Shown: positions 63,003-64,000 of the stretch, piece by piece
Numbering within the stretch: the stretch's first letter is position 1
How the letters are laid out: every line of letters starts with the position of its first letter
Source: an uncultured Pseudomonadota bacterium
GTDB lineage: Bacteria; Myxococcota_A; Polyangia; Fen-1088
Length of the DNA stretch: 64,000 bases
Reading direction: 5' to 3'
Assembly: GCA_963725905.1 (NCBI GenBank)
Contig: CAVSAG010000003.1
Coordinates: 193,546 to 257,545, forward strand
The notes under the pieces: model-generated
The model's input: only the letters and a program-made list of their open reading frames with translations
The model's database searches: none
What the model was told of the DNA's origin: nothing
Made by a program: the position numbers and the translations under genes

Positions 63003-63956
63003 GTGTTGCGCCCCCGAGCCGTTGTTCTCGCCGCGGTCGTCGCGGCTGCCGTCGTGTCGGTCGCCGGTCCCCCGGCGGCCGAGGCGCGCTCGCATCGCAC
63101 GAACGAGCGGACCGGGAAGCTGGTCCCCGCGCTCGCGGAGCTGGTGAAGGCGAAGAAGCGCGGCGACCGGAGCGCGCTCGGGCGGCTGGGCGACAGGATC
63201 GGGCCGGCGCGGCTCGCGCAGGCGATCGGCGGCGCTGACGAGCGGGTGGCCGAGGCGGCGGCGGCCGCGGCGCCGCTCGCGCGTGGCGGGATCGTGCTGG
63301 TGGGCTCGCTCGCCGACCAGTTGACGGCGTCGGATGCCGGCCGTGCGGTGGCCGCGGCGGCGGCGGTCGGCGCCTTGCTCGACGGGGCGGTTCCGACGGC
63401 GCTCGAGGAATGGGACGTGCCTTCCGATCTGGTGGCGCGCGCGTGCGCCGGCCTGCAGGCGCTGGCGGCGCGTCGGGCGGCGCCGCTCGGCGCGCGGCTG
63501 GCCGCGCTCGACGCCATGGTCGAGGCGGCGCCGAGCTGCGGGGGCGGTGGTGACGTCGGGGCGCTGGCGCACGATCCGGCGCCGGAGATCCGGCGCGCCG
63601 CGATGCTGGCCGCCGGCGGGAGCGGCCGCGCGGCGATCCTGCGCGATGGGCTCACCGACGGCGATCGCGCCGTCACCAGCGCCGCGGCGGCGGCCGACTG
63701 CCGCGTCGAAGGCCGGATCGAGCGCGACGGCAAGGAGGCACCGCCCGAGGGGCCCGCGCTCGCGGCTGCGCGCGCGCTGGCGACCGCGCCGACGACGGCG
63801 CCCGCCGACGCCGTCGAGATGCTCGATTGCCTGGCCGCCGGCGGGAGCGCGGCCGATCGCGCGCTCTTGGGCGGGCTGCGGCAGGGGCCGGCCTCGCCGC
63901 TGCGCGACCGGGCGATCGAGCTTTCCGGGCTCACGCGCGGCAAGGGGAGCGAGTAG
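63003..63956 (+). CDS. Secreted Ala-rich helical-repeat (HEAT-like) protein
   Basis: GTG start directly after the TGA. Signal peptide and reiterated helical segments (DPAPEIRRAAMLAAG ... DGDRAVTSAAAAA). Confidence 0.65.
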   Translation: MLRPRAVVLAAVVAAAVVSVAGPPAAEARSHRTNERTGKLVPALAELVKAKKRGDRSALGRLGDRIGPARLAQAIGGADERVAEAAAAAAPLARGGIVLVGSLADQLTASDAGRAVAAAAAVGALLDGAVPTALEEWDVPSDLVARACAGLQALAARRAAPLGARLAALDAMVEAAPSCGGGGDVGALAHDPAPEIRRAAMLAAGGSGRAAILRDGLTDGDRAVTSAAAAADCRVEGRIERDGKEAPPEGPALAAARALATAPTTAPADAVEMLDCLAAGGSAADRALLGGLRQGPASPLRDRAIELSGLTRGKGSE

Positions 63957-64000
63957 TGGGCGCCGACGCCGCCGGCGCCCCCGCGGGAGAGCCGGCGGCT

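Overview
This is a GC-rich bacterial chromosome segment, roughly 70% GC by eye (not computed). Its gene content looks myxobacterial: Hanks-type kinases, FHA, PilZ and ECF sigma proteins, and many lipoproteins with Gly/Ser/Thr-rich linkers. The taxonomic assignment is an inference. All family calls come from motif recognition in the translations; no database search was possible.

Layout:
- 0-2.9 kb: a kinase (partial), a coiled-coil protein and a Fis-type regulator.
- 3.1-7.5 kb: an intact tRNA-Arg(CCG), followed by about 4.3 kb that ends in a displaced copy of the tRNA 3' half. This is an integrase-less island carrying MarR, a LolA-like protein, a two-domain lipoprotein and a secreted Vgb-like beta-propeller.
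- 7.5-19.3 kb: mixed genes (WD40, FHA, EEP phosphatase, flippase, DPPR-synthase-like prenyltransferase, GNAT, citramalate synthase, a secreted Cys-cluster protein, a second kinase).
- 19.4-24.4 kb: the most unusual module. An ECF sigma, an anti-sigma and a secreted caspase (C14) with a C-terminal beta-barrel are bracketed by two paralogous lipoproteins.
- 24.5-38.2 kb: PilZ, a HelD-like helicase, miaB, glgB, an M23 peptidase and maeB.
- 39-62 kb: a large beta-glucan/cellulose utilisation region. It holds a C-type lectin, GH1, a large lipoprotein, a porin-like barrel, a CBM lipoprotein, a GH94 phosphorylase, two GH8 genes, GH9, a CBM3 lipoprotein and several Gly-rich lipoproteins. A vapBC pair and a nucleotidyltransferase pair interrupt it.

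Other structure not explained by the genes:
- A conserved two-hairpin element occurs three times on the plus strand, just upstream of plus-strand start codons, with compensatory stem changes between copies.
- Three apparent single-nucleotide frameshifts lie in exported genes (a Gly-rich lipoprotein, GH1 and GH9). These are either real decay or assembly indels.
- Several short tandem repeats sit at gene ends.
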